Shown here one piece after another: positions 56,991 through 64,000 of a stretch of 64,000 nt of DNA. The position numbers and the translations under genes were made by a program. Where the stretch lies: positions 131,667-195,666 of the forward strand of contig DATJYC010000051.1 of NCBI GenBank assembly GCA_035499735.1, written 5' to 3'. Within the stretch, counting starts at the first letter, position 1. Every line of letters begins with the position of its first letter. The DNA comes from Burkholderiales bacterium (GTDB taxonomy: Bacteria > Pseudomonadota > Gammaproteobacteria > Burkholderiales > SG8-39). A model generated the notes under the pieces. It saw only the letters and a list, made by a program, of their open reading frames with translations, ran no database searches and was not told the origin of the DNA.

Positions 56991-57895
56991 GTCTGCCGCG
57001 CAAGGTTCGCATCGTCGACGTCGCCCCACGCGACGGGCTGCAAAACGAGCCGAAGAGCGTTCCGGCGTCGGTCAAGATCGAGCTGATCGAAAGGCTCCAG
57101 GAGGCGGGGCTTCCCGCGGTCGAGGCCACGGCCTTCGTGTCCCCGAAATGGGTGCCTCAAATGGCCGACCACGCCGAGGTCATGGCCGGGATAAGGAGGC
57201 GGCCGGGCGTCGCGTACCCCGTCCTCGTCCCCAACATGAAGGGCTTCGAGGCGGCGCGCGACGCCGGCGCAGAGGAGATCGCGGTGTTCGGCGCGGCGAC
57301 CGAGACGTTCAGCCGGAAGAACATCAACTGCAGCATCGCGGAGAGCCTCGAGCGCTTCGCGCCCGTCGTGGAAGCGGCGAAGGCCCAAGGCATGCGCGTG
57401 CGCGGCTATATCTCCGTGGTGGCGGGATGTCCCTACGAAGGCGAGGTGGCTCCCCGCGCGGTCGCCGATCTGGCGGGCAAGCTCTACCGCATGGGCTGCT
57501 ACGAGGTCTCTCTCGGCGACACCATCGGCGTGGGCACGCCGAAGAAGATCCGCGCGGTCATCGAGGCGGTCGCGAAGAAGGTCCCGATGGCGAAGATCGG
57601 CGGGCACTATCACGATACCTACGGCCAGGCGCTCGCGAACATCTACGCTTCGCTCGAGCTGGGAGTGAAGACCTTCGACAGCTCGGTCGCGGGCCTGGGC
57701 GGCTGTCCCTACGCCAAGGGGGCGACCGGGAATGTCGCGACCGAGGACGTGATCTACATGCTCGACGGCCTCGGGATAGACACCGGCGTGAACCTCGAGA
57801 AAGTCTTCCGCGCGGGGGAGTTCATCTGCCGCGCGCTCGGGCGCGAGCCGGCGTCACGCGTGGCGCGTGCCCTCGCCGCTAAGCTGAATTCGTGA
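56987..57895 (+). CDS. liuE: Hydroxymethylglutaryl-CoA lyase
   Basis: 302-aa ORF containing [27 protein letters not shown] and GLGGCPYA. These are HMG-CoA lyase hallmarks. It overlaps liuD by 4 nt. Confidence 0.9.
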   Translation: MSLPRKVRIVDVAPRDGLQNEPKSVPASVKIELIERLQEAGLPAVEATAFVSPKWVPQMADHAEVMAGIRRRPGVAYPVLVPNMKGFEAARDAGAEEIAVFGAATETFSRKNINCSIAESLERFAPVVEAAKAQGMRVRGYISVVAGCPYEGEVAPRAVADLAGKLYRMGCYEVSLGDTIGVGTPKKIRAVIEAVAKKVPMAKIGGHYHDTYGQALANIYASLELGVKTFDSSVAGLGGCPYAKGATGNVATEDVIYMLDGLGIDTGVNLEKVFRAGEFICRALGREPASRVARALAAKLNS

Positions 57896-58077
57896 CGACA
57901 GGGCAATCCGACGAGGCCGCCTCGCCCTGCATCAACGTGTGCAGGATGAACCCGGGGACGGGGCTGTGCGAAGGGTGCCTGCGCACGCTCGACGAGATCG
58001 CGTCCTGGTCGGCGATGAGCGCGCAGGAGAAGCGCGCGGTGCTGGCCCGGCTTCCCGGAAGGCGCCCGCAACCTTGA
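57892..58077 (+). CDS. DUF1289 domain-containing protein
   Basis: 61-aa [32 protein letters not shown] is the Cys-rich DUF1289 signature. It overlaps liuE by 4 nt. Confidence 0.8.
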   Translation: MTTGQSDEAASPCINVCRMNPGTGLCEGCLRTLDEIASWSAMSAQEKRAVLARLPGRRPQP

Positions 58078-58091
58078 ACCTCCCCCGGGGC

Positions 58092-58985
58092 ATGCAGGTG
58101 CTCGAGCGCGGCTGGCTCTCGGCCAACAACGTCCTTCTGTTCTCGAAGGGAGCGACGGTGGTCGACTCCGGCTACGGCGCGCATGCGGCCCAGACGGTGG
58201 CCCTGATCGAGCATGCGCTCCAGGAAAGGCCTCTCGAGCACCTCGTCAACACGCATTGCCATTCCGACCATATGGGCGGCAACGCAGCCTTGCAAAGGCG
58301 CTTCCGCTGCAGGACGAGCATCCCGGAGGGCGAGGCCCCGCTCATCGACCGCTGGGACGAGCGTGAGCTGATCCTCTCGGCCGCCGACCAGCGGGCGGAG
58401 CGCTTCGGCTATGAGAGCACCTTCCGGGGCGGCGACACCCTCCGGATGGGCGACTACGACTGGCGCGTCCTGCCCGCCCCGGGCCACGACCTTCACGCGG
58501 TCATGTTCTATTCTCCCGAGACGCGCGTCCTCATTTCCGGCGACGCGCTGTGGGAGAACGGCTTCGGCGCGGTGTTCGCCCAGCTCTTCGGCCGCGACAC
58601 GGCGCTCGCCGAGACACGCGAGACTCTGGAGCGGATCGCCGGGCTCGACTGCGACATCGTCATCCCGGGCCACGGCCGGCCGTTCGGCGACGCCGCCGGG
58701 GCCCTCGAGCGCGCGTTCTCGCGCCTCAAAGGATACGAGAAGGACACCGGGCGGCTCGCCCGGCACGTCGTCAAGGTACTGTTCACCTTCGCCATGCTCG
58801 AGAAACGCTCGATGCCGCTCGCCGAAGTCCCCGCTTACCTCGGGCGCATCGCCATCCTCGCGGAGATCAACCGCACACATCTGAAGATGACGCCCGCCGC
58901 GATCGCCGAGTGGCTGGTCGCCGACCTGGAGCGCGCGGGAGCGCTGGAAAGGCGTGGCGGTCAGCTGAGGGCGAAAGGCCCTTGA
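58092..58985 (+). CDS. MBL-fold metallo-hydrolase
   Basis: Track frame starts at 57939. Plausible starts are TTG 58074 (overlapping the DUF1289 stop) or ATG 58092 (MQVLERGWLSANN). HCHSDHMGG is the HxHxDH motif. Confidence 0.75.
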   Translation: MQVLERGWLSANNVLLFSKGATVVDSGYGAHAAQTVALIEHALQERPLEHLVNTHCHSDHMGGNAALQRRFRCRTSIPEGEAPLIDRWDERELILSAADQRAERFGYESTFRGGDTLRMGDYDWRVLPAPGHDLHAVMFYSPETRVLISGDALWENGFGAVFAQLFGRDTALAETRETLERIAGLDCDIVIPGHGRPFGDAAGALERAFSRLKGYEKDTGRLARHVVKVLFTFAMLEKRSMPLAEVPAYLGRIAILAEINRTHLKMTPAAIAEWLVADLERAGALERRGGQLRAKGP

Positions 58986-59559
58986 ATCGGTCTCCTGCGC
59001 CAGAGCATCGCGAGCACCGCGAGGCAGCTCAGCGCGGCAAGCAGGTGTTTGAGGGTGTGGCCGCTCAGCACATGACGGGTCAGCTCGAAGATGCCGCTGT
59101 CGTAGAGCTCCGAGATCTTTGCGAGGCCGTAGACTCCGACCGCCACGAGGAGCTCCCGCTGCCGCGTATAGGGCGCGCGATAAAGGATCATCACGGCGGG
59201 ATCGGCAACCTGTCCCAGACCAGGCTCCGGTTGTCGGGGTTCACATGGTAGTAGCCGGAGCCGACGCTGATGACCGACACGCCCATCCAGAACGTGAGCC
59301 AGGCGGCTCGATGGCTAGGCGGCCGCCGCGCCACGAACGCGACGCCCGCGATACCGACGAGCAGGAACGCGATGTTCGAAGTCACGTTGAGGAAGTTCGG
59401 AATTCCGAGGAAGCCTCTTTGATCGGCGAACCGATGGTAGTCGGGGTCTTGGCCGGGCGGGCTCAGAAAAACCATGAGAACCAGCGATACGACAGCCACG
59501 AGGAGCAGCGCTACGTGACGCCAATGGTGGGAGCGCGTCGCAGGAGCCTCTATCTCCAT
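58961..59559 (-). pseudogene. Ceramidase-like (alkaline ceramidase family) membrane protein, disrupted
   Basis: The N-terminal part (59191..59559, start ATG 59559) carries YHRFADQRGFLGIPNFLNVTSN, GSGYYH and WDRLP, then hits TGATGA. The C-terminal part (58961..59194, another frame) carries SGHTLKHLLAA. The total is much shorter than I recall for the intact family. Confidence 0.5.
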
Positions 59560-59563
59560 GCCG

Positions 59564-59920
59564 TCAGCGCGAGGCGTCTCGGCTTCGCGCAACGCATTCG
59601 ATATAGCCGCGCACAAAATCGTCACGCATCGCGACGAACTCGCCGTAAGTCTGGAACGCGCGGTTTTCCGGCTCCTGGTTCATGAAGAATATGGTCACGA
59701 TGACCGCGTCCTCATCGGAGAGGATCTGGGTGATCCCGAGCGTGCTGCCGCCCAATTCCTTCTTCGTGAGCATTTGCCCCGCGAAGCCGCGATGGGAGAA
59801 CTCGCCGAGCACCGCGTTGGCGTCGGCGCTTGCCAGCGCGCTGAAATATCCGGTCACGACCCGCTTGTCCTGCTCGTATCGTGCAGGATCGGACCGCTCC
59901 GCCTTCAGGTTCGCGAACAA
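59564..59920 (-). CDS. Small hypothetical protein (NTF2/SnoaL-like assignment is tentative)
   Basis: About 118 codons of protein-like sequence (YEQDKRVVTGYFSALASADANAVLGEFSH ... VTIFFMNQEPENRAFQTYGEFVAMRDDFVRGY) at the 3' end of track ORF 59564..60412. The TTG start at 59920 is a guess. Confidence 0.4.
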   Translation of the reverse strand: MFANLKAERSDPARYEQDKRVVTGYFSALASADANAVLGEFSHRGFAGQMLTKKELGGSTLGITQILSDEDAVIVTIFFMNQEPENRAFQTYGEFVAMRDDFVRGYIECVARSRDASR

Positions 59921-60954
59921 GTAGGTCCTCGGTAGCCGTCCAGCACGGAAACCCTCTCGGTCTTGGCGTCGAGCCCGACCTCGCGCCAGGGCGCGGCGCC
60001 CGCCGGTCGCCGGTCGAGTGCCACCCCGCGAACCCCGCCGGCGAACCCGTCGCAATGTACGTAGGGCTGCAGCGTACCGTCCTCCGTGGATTCCATCGAC
60101 GACCCGCGGAGGGCACGCCACGTTCCGTCTTCTCCGCGTGTGCGCTTCACCACTCCGGCCGACCTGTCCCGCTCGACGCGACCCTCCAGCTTGACCGGTT
60201 CCGGACCGCCGACACCGGCCGGAAGCGTCAACCGCAGGTCCTCGCCCAGGATCTTTCCGTCGGTCAGCGGGACGGGCTGGCCGTCCTCCCCGGACAGGGA
60301 TCCCGACAAGAACTGGTAGCGCTGCCTGAGCGAAAGCCGGAGCCGGTGCGTCTGCCCGTCGATCGTCAGCTCCAGCCTCCACTTTCCCGCGACCTTCGCG
60401 GGAACAGTCCACATGAATACCTGGCTCTCCTTGCGCGCTCCGACCTTCTTGTCCGGAGCCGGGATCGTCGCCTCGGCGTCCGGGCGCCAGTCGCCCATGC
60501 CGTAGTCGTGGGACACCACGCGTGACCCTGGCCTGAGCTCGGCGAGGATCTTCGGCCGCAGCGCGAGGTTCACGTCCGGCAAGAGGTACAAGGTGAGGAC
60601 GTTCGCCTTGCGAAAATCCGTCTTGAACAGGTCCTGCTGCAGGAACTTGACCCGGTCGGCGACGCCGGCCTCGACCGCTCTTTCATTCGAGAGCTTCACC
60701 AGCCGCGGATCGATCTCGACGCCGAAGCCCCGGGCGCCGTACTTGCTGGCCGCCTCTATCATGATGCGCCCGTCGCCCGAGCCGAGATCGATCACCGTTT
60801 CACCGGGCTTCAGCTTGGCCATGTCGAGCATGCGATCGACGACGACCTGGGGCGTCGGAACGTACGGCGTGTCGAGGTCTTTCAGCGCGTCCTGTGCCGC
60901 GGCTCCGCCGGAAGCGAGCGCGACAGTGAGCCACAGCGATGCATGCTTTCTCAA
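59905..60954 (-). CDS. Class I SAM-dependent methyltransferase with N-terminal signal peptide and C-terminal extension
   Basis: This is the 3' part of track ORF 59905..61413. The likely TTG start at 60954 forms a TTGA overlap with the upstream stop. It has a signal-peptide-like N-terminus (RKHASLWLTVALASGGAAAQD) and SAM motif I (VIDLGSGDGRIMIEAA). About 150 aa follow the methyltransferase core. Confidence 0.65.
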   Translation of the reverse strand: MRKHASLWLTVALASGGAAAQDALKDLDTPYVPTPQVVVDRMLDMAKLKPGETVIDLGSGDGRIMIEAASKYGARGFGVEIDPRLVKLSNERAVEAGVADRVKFLQQDLFKTDFRKANVLTLYLLPDVNLALRPKILAELRPGSRVVSHDYGMGDWRPDAEATIPAPDKKVGARKESQVFMWTVPAKVAGKWRLELTIDGQTHRLRLSLRQRYQFLSGSLSGEDGQPVPLTDGKILGEDLRLTLPAGVGGPEPVKLEGRVERDRSAGVVKRTRGEDGTWRALRGSSMESTEDGTLQPYVHCDGFAGGVRGVALDRRPAGAAPWREVGLDAKTERVSVLDGYRGPTCSRT

Positions 60955-62114
60955 ATCACCCCCTCCTTGCGCATCGCCGCAATGTCCTTCTCGCCGTACC
61001 CGGCTTCGCGCAGGATCTCGTCGGTATGCTGGCCCGCGGCGGGCGCCCCGCGCTCGATCGCAAAGGCGAACTCGCTGAACTTGAGCGGAAGCGCGAGCTG
61101 GATGAAATCGCCTTCTTCGACGATCATCCCACGCGCGCGCAACTGCTCGTTGCCGAGCGCCTCGTCGATCGCGAGGACCGGGGTAACGCAGCAATCCGCG
61201 GCGGCTAAGAAGCCGGTCCACTCCTTCTGCGTGCGCGAGGCGAAGATCTCCGCGAGCCGCGCTTTCACCGGTGCGGCGTCGGTGCCGTAGACGATATGCC
61301 TGTCCTTCAGCTCCGGGCAGCCGAGACTGTCGCAAAGGGCCGCCCAGAACTTGCGCTCGAGCGCGCCCACGGCCATGAAGCGCCCGTCCTTCGTGCGGTA
61401 GAGGTTGTAGCACGGGAGGCCTCCGTCTAGCATGCCCGTGCCTCGCGCGGGCATCTTTCCCTGCTCGAGGTATCCCAGCAGCGGGAAGACCGCGTGCGCG
61501 AGCGCGGCGTCGGTCATCGAGACGTCGACGTAGCGGCCGCGGCCCGAGGTCCTCGCGTCGAGTAGCGCCGCGAGAATTCCCATGGCGGGAACCAGCGCTC
61601 CGCCGAGGAGATCCGCGATCTGGAAATTGGGCACCACGGGCGCTTCCGCGGTTCCGATCTGGTCGCCGACGCCGGCGTAGCCGACGTAGTTGATGTCGTG
61701 CCCGGCGCGCCCGGCGTACGGCCCCCCCTGCCCGTAGCCCGTGATCGAGCAGTAGACGATGCGCGCGTTGACCGCCGACACCGCGTCGTAGGCGACGCCG
61801 AGCTTCGCCGTCACCCCGGGCCGGAATCCCTCGACCACGACGTCGGCGCGCTGCGCGAGCCGCAGGAAGGCGTCGCGCCCGCGGGGCTGCTTCAGGTCGA
61901 GCCGCATGGCGCGCTTGTTGCGATTGAGGAGGCGGAAGGAATCCGACACGCCGCCGCGCATTCGGCCCATCGCGCGGGAGTAGTCGCCCGCCTCCGTATC
62001 CTCGATCTTGACGACGTCGGCGCCCATGTCGGCGAGGTGCAGCGTCGCCATCGCGCCGGGGAGCAGGCGGGTCAGGTCGAGAACGCGGACGCCGTCAAGG
62101 GGCTTGGCGCGCAC
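60951..62114 (-). CDS. Family III CoA-transferase (CaiB/BaiF family)
   Basis: 387-aa ORF. LDGVRVLDLTRLLPGAMATLHLADMGADVVKIE is the family signature. Confidence 0.85.
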   Translation of the reverse strand: MRAKPLDGVRVLDLTRLLPGAMATLHLADMGADVVKIEDTEAGDYSRAMGRMRGGVSDSFRLLNRNKRAMRLDLKQPRGRDAFLRLAQRADVVVEGFRPGVTAKLGVAYDAVSAVNARIVYCSITGYGQGGPYAGRAGHDINYVGYAGVGDQIGTAEAPVVPNFQIADLLGGALVPAMGILAALLDARTSGRGRYVDVSMTDAALAHAVFPLLGYLEQGKMPARGTGMLDGGLPCYNLYRTKDGRFMAVGALERKFWAALCDSLGCPELKDRHIVYGTDAAPVKARLAEIFASRTQKEWTGFLAAADCCVTPVLAIDEALGNEQLRARGMIVEEGDFIQLALPLKFSEFAFAIERGAPAAGQHTDEILREAGYGEKDIAAMRKEGVI

Positions 62115-62115
62115 G

Positions 62116-62904
62116 CTAGTCGATCGCCTTGGGGAAGGGCCGGCCGAGCATCCAGTTCTTCATCGCCTGCACGGTTTCCCGCTCCCGGCCGAAATAGCCG
62201 TGCGCGGCGAAAGGCTCGCACGGGTCCGACTCCGCGGGCTTGCCGCCGCTCACGCTGACGAGAGGGAAGGTCCGGCCGAGGCTCGCCGCGTCCCGGTAAG
62301 GGCACGACCGGCAGGCGTCGTACACGTGATGGACGAAGAGGAGCGGCGCCTTGATGTCGCCGAAGCCGAAGCCCGACAAGCCTATGCCCCCGCGGCCGCC
62401 GTAGAACACCGTGGAGGTGAGGATCACCCCGTCGACGTCCGCCCCCAGCGAGCGCCCGACGTAGGCCGCGGACAGGGTGCCGCGGCTCGTGCCGATGAGG
62501 AAGACCTTCGCCCGCGGGAATCGACTTCGCAGATCCTTGACGACCGCGGCGACGTCCTCTACGTGGGCGCGTCCCATGCGGAAGCCGTCGTCCATGCCCG
62601 CGCGCTGCTGATCCGAGGGCGAGTCTACGATGGCCACCGCGACCTCGTTGTCGCGGAGCATCCCCCTGGTGCGGACGAGAAAGTTGCTTCTCTGGGACAG
62701 CATCACCGTCCTCCCCTCAGTTCGCAGCTTCAGCAACCCTTCACCCCCTGGAAACAGGACGGCGACCGCAGCCGGCGGGGGTGAGTTGTGCATCAGGAGA
62801 TACGACTGGGTTTCTCCCTTCCTTCCCTGAACCGTGACCACCTCCTCCGCGACGGCCGAGAAGCTCGCCGCGAGGGCGATCGCAACGCAGATCCACCTAG
62901 CCAT
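62116..62904 (-). CDS. Exported alpha/beta hydrolase
   Basis: 262-aa ORF with a signal peptide (MARWICVAIALAASFSAVA) and the nucleophile elbow GTSRG. Confidence 0.6.
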   Translation of the reverse strand: MARWICVAIALAASFSAVAEEVVTVQGRKGETQSYLLMHNSPPPAAVAVLFPGGEGLLKLRTEGRTVMLSQRSNFLVRTRGMLRDNEVAVAIVDSPSDQQRAGMDDGFRMGRAHVEDVAAVVKDLRSRFPRAKVFLIGTSRGTLSAAYVGRSLGADVDGVILTSTVFYGGRGGIGLSGFGFGDIKAPLLFVHHVYDACRSCPYRDAASLGRTFPLVSVSGGKPAESDPCEPFAAHGYFGRERETVQAMKNWMLGRPFPKAID

Positions 62905-64000
62905 AGCTCTTCGCGTCCTCTATCACCTTGCCGTCGTTCGGGAGCTCGCCAGGCCGCACGAGCGCCACTTCGCCGCGCAGCTTGGTGACGCTGCGCAAGC
63001 TGTCCTCGATCGCCCGGGCCAGGCCTGCCGAGGGCATGCCGCGAACCTCGCAGCGCAGCGTCATGCGGTCGCTGCCGCCGGGGTTGTCCACGACCAGCCG
63101 CGCCTTGACTATCTCGGCGTGCCGCTTCGCGATCTCGGCGACCTGCGCGGGGTGCACGAACATTCCTTTCACCTTGGTCGCCTGGTCGGCGCGCCCCAGC
63201 CAGCCGCGGATACGGGTGTTGGTGCGCCCGCAGGGGCTCGCGCCCGGCAGCACCGCCGAGAGATCGCCGGTGCCAAAGCGTATGAGAGGGTAGTCCGGAT
63301 TCAGGCTCGTGACGACGACCTCGCCGATCTCGCCGTCGGCGACGGGCTCGCCCGTGCCGACGCGCACGATCTCGAGGATCAGACCCTCGTCGAGAATCAT
63401 GCCCTCGAGGGCCTCCGACTCGTAGGCGATCAACCCGAGGTCGGCCGATCCGTACCATTGCAGCACGCGTATGCCGCGCTCGGCCCAGCCCGCGCGCAGC
63501 GCCGGGGGAAGGTACTCGGCGCCGACCGATCCCTTCTTCAGGCCGCCGATATCCGCGCCCGATTCGTCCGCCTTCTCGACGATGAGCTTCAGGAACGACG
63601 GCGTGCCGATGTAGCAGCTGACCCGAAGGTCGGCGAGCGTGGCGACCTGCGTCTCGGTCTGCCCGACTCCGGCCGGCACGACCGTGCAGCCCAGCGCGAG
63701 CGCCCCGGCCTCGAGCATGGCGCCGGCCGGAGTGAAGTGGTATGCGAAGGTGTTGAGCGCCGTGTCGCCCCGGCGAAACCCGGCGGCAAAGAGCGCGCGC
63801 GCCGTGCGCCACCAGTCCCGGCCGCTCCCGCCCGGATCGTAGATGGGCCCCGGAGAGACGAAGATCCTGCCCAGGCTCTCCACGGGCGCGGCGTTCAGCC
63901 CGCCGAAGGGACGCTCCGCTTTCTGCAGCGCCGCCAGTTCGGACTTGCGCGTGACGGGCAGCGCGGCGAGCGCCTTGCGGTCGCGTACCGCGGCCGGGTC
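62897..64000 (-). CDS. Phenylacetate-CoA ligase / coenzyme F390 synthetase-like adenylating enzyme (5' end outside window)
   Basis: The frame stays open to the window edge (upstream text LPVTRKSELAALQKAERPFGG ... RIFVSPGPIYDPG). FAYHFTPAG, GTPSF and the C-terminal ACT-like region are typical of PaaK-family ligases. Confidence 0.7.
   Translation of the reverse strand, partial: DPAAVRDRKALAALPVTRKSELAALQKAERPFGGLNAAPVESLGRIFVSPGPIYDPGGSGRDWWRTARALFAAGFRRGDTALNTFAYHFTPAGAMLEAGALALGCTVVPAGVGQTETQVATLADLRVSCYIGTPSFLKLIVEKADESGADIGGLKKGSVGAEYLPPALRAGWAERGIRVLQWYGSADLGLIAYESEALEGMILDEGLILEIVRVGTGEPVADGEIGEVVVTSLNPDYPLIRFGTGDLSAVLPGASPCGRTNTRIRGWLGRADQATKVKGMFVHPAQVAEIAKRHAEIVKARLVVDNPGGSDRMTLRCEVRGMPSAGLARAIEDSLRSVTKLRGEVALVRPGELPNDGKVIEDAKSYG

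Noticed and set aside
1-64000. Scan for CRISPR arrays, tRNA/rRNA genes, IS elements, integrases, toxin-antitoxin or known defence genes
   Set aside because: I saw no regularly spaced repeats, cloverleaf-like sequences, transposase or integrase motifs, or defence-type domains. Gene decay in the polysaccharide locus is not accompanied by a recognisable mobile element.

Overview
High-GC proteobacterial chromosome segment. The synteny (coiled-coil gene-zapA-6S RNA, hemE-priA, argS-SPOR-dsbA, LiuR-type liu cluster) looks most like Betaproteobacteria, but that placement is tentative. No tRNA, rRNA, CRISPR array, transposase or recognisable defence system was seen.

- **1-20 kb: surface-polysaccharide / O-antigen-type locus.** It holds gmd, manC, a Wzx-like flippase, GT2/GT4/GT9 transferases, a wbpK/L/M-like trio, UDP-xylose synthase and an MBOAT acyltransferase. 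It is unusually rich in methyltransferases (three intact, two remnants). It shows gene decay: a truncated GT2 duplicate joined to a truncated methyltransferase, a stop- and frameshift-bearing FkbM remnant, and AT-richer cassettes.
- **20-35.8 kb: one long minus-strand run of tightly spaced or overlapping genes.** A cobalamin riboswitch and TonB-dependent (BtuB-like) receptor head it. A heptosyltransferase and a BtuF-like binding protein follow. The run then continues into LPS-core genes: a waaG-like gene, msbA, several GT4/GT9 genes, an AsnB-type amidotransferase and an SDR-glycosyltransferase fusion.
- **35.8-49 kb: housekeeping genes.** These are zapA with a candidate 6S RNA, an EVE-domain gene, hemE, priA, a 34-aa THX ribosomal protein gene, argS, a SPOR-domain gene, two dsbA paralogs and phaC. 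The 483-bp AT-rich hemE-priA spacer carries a cluster of DnaA-box-like 9-mers.
- **49-58 kb: LiuR-type leucine/isovalerate catabolic cluster** with a candidate operator.
- **58-64 kb: a compact minus-strand cluster of unclear pathway.** Its genes are a PaaK/F390-like ligase, an exported hydrolase, a family III CoA-transferase, a signal-peptide methyltransferase, a small NTF2-like protein and a disrupted ceramidase-like membrane protein.

Many long ORFs in the six-frame track are antisense or alternate-frame artefacts of high GC and were rejected.
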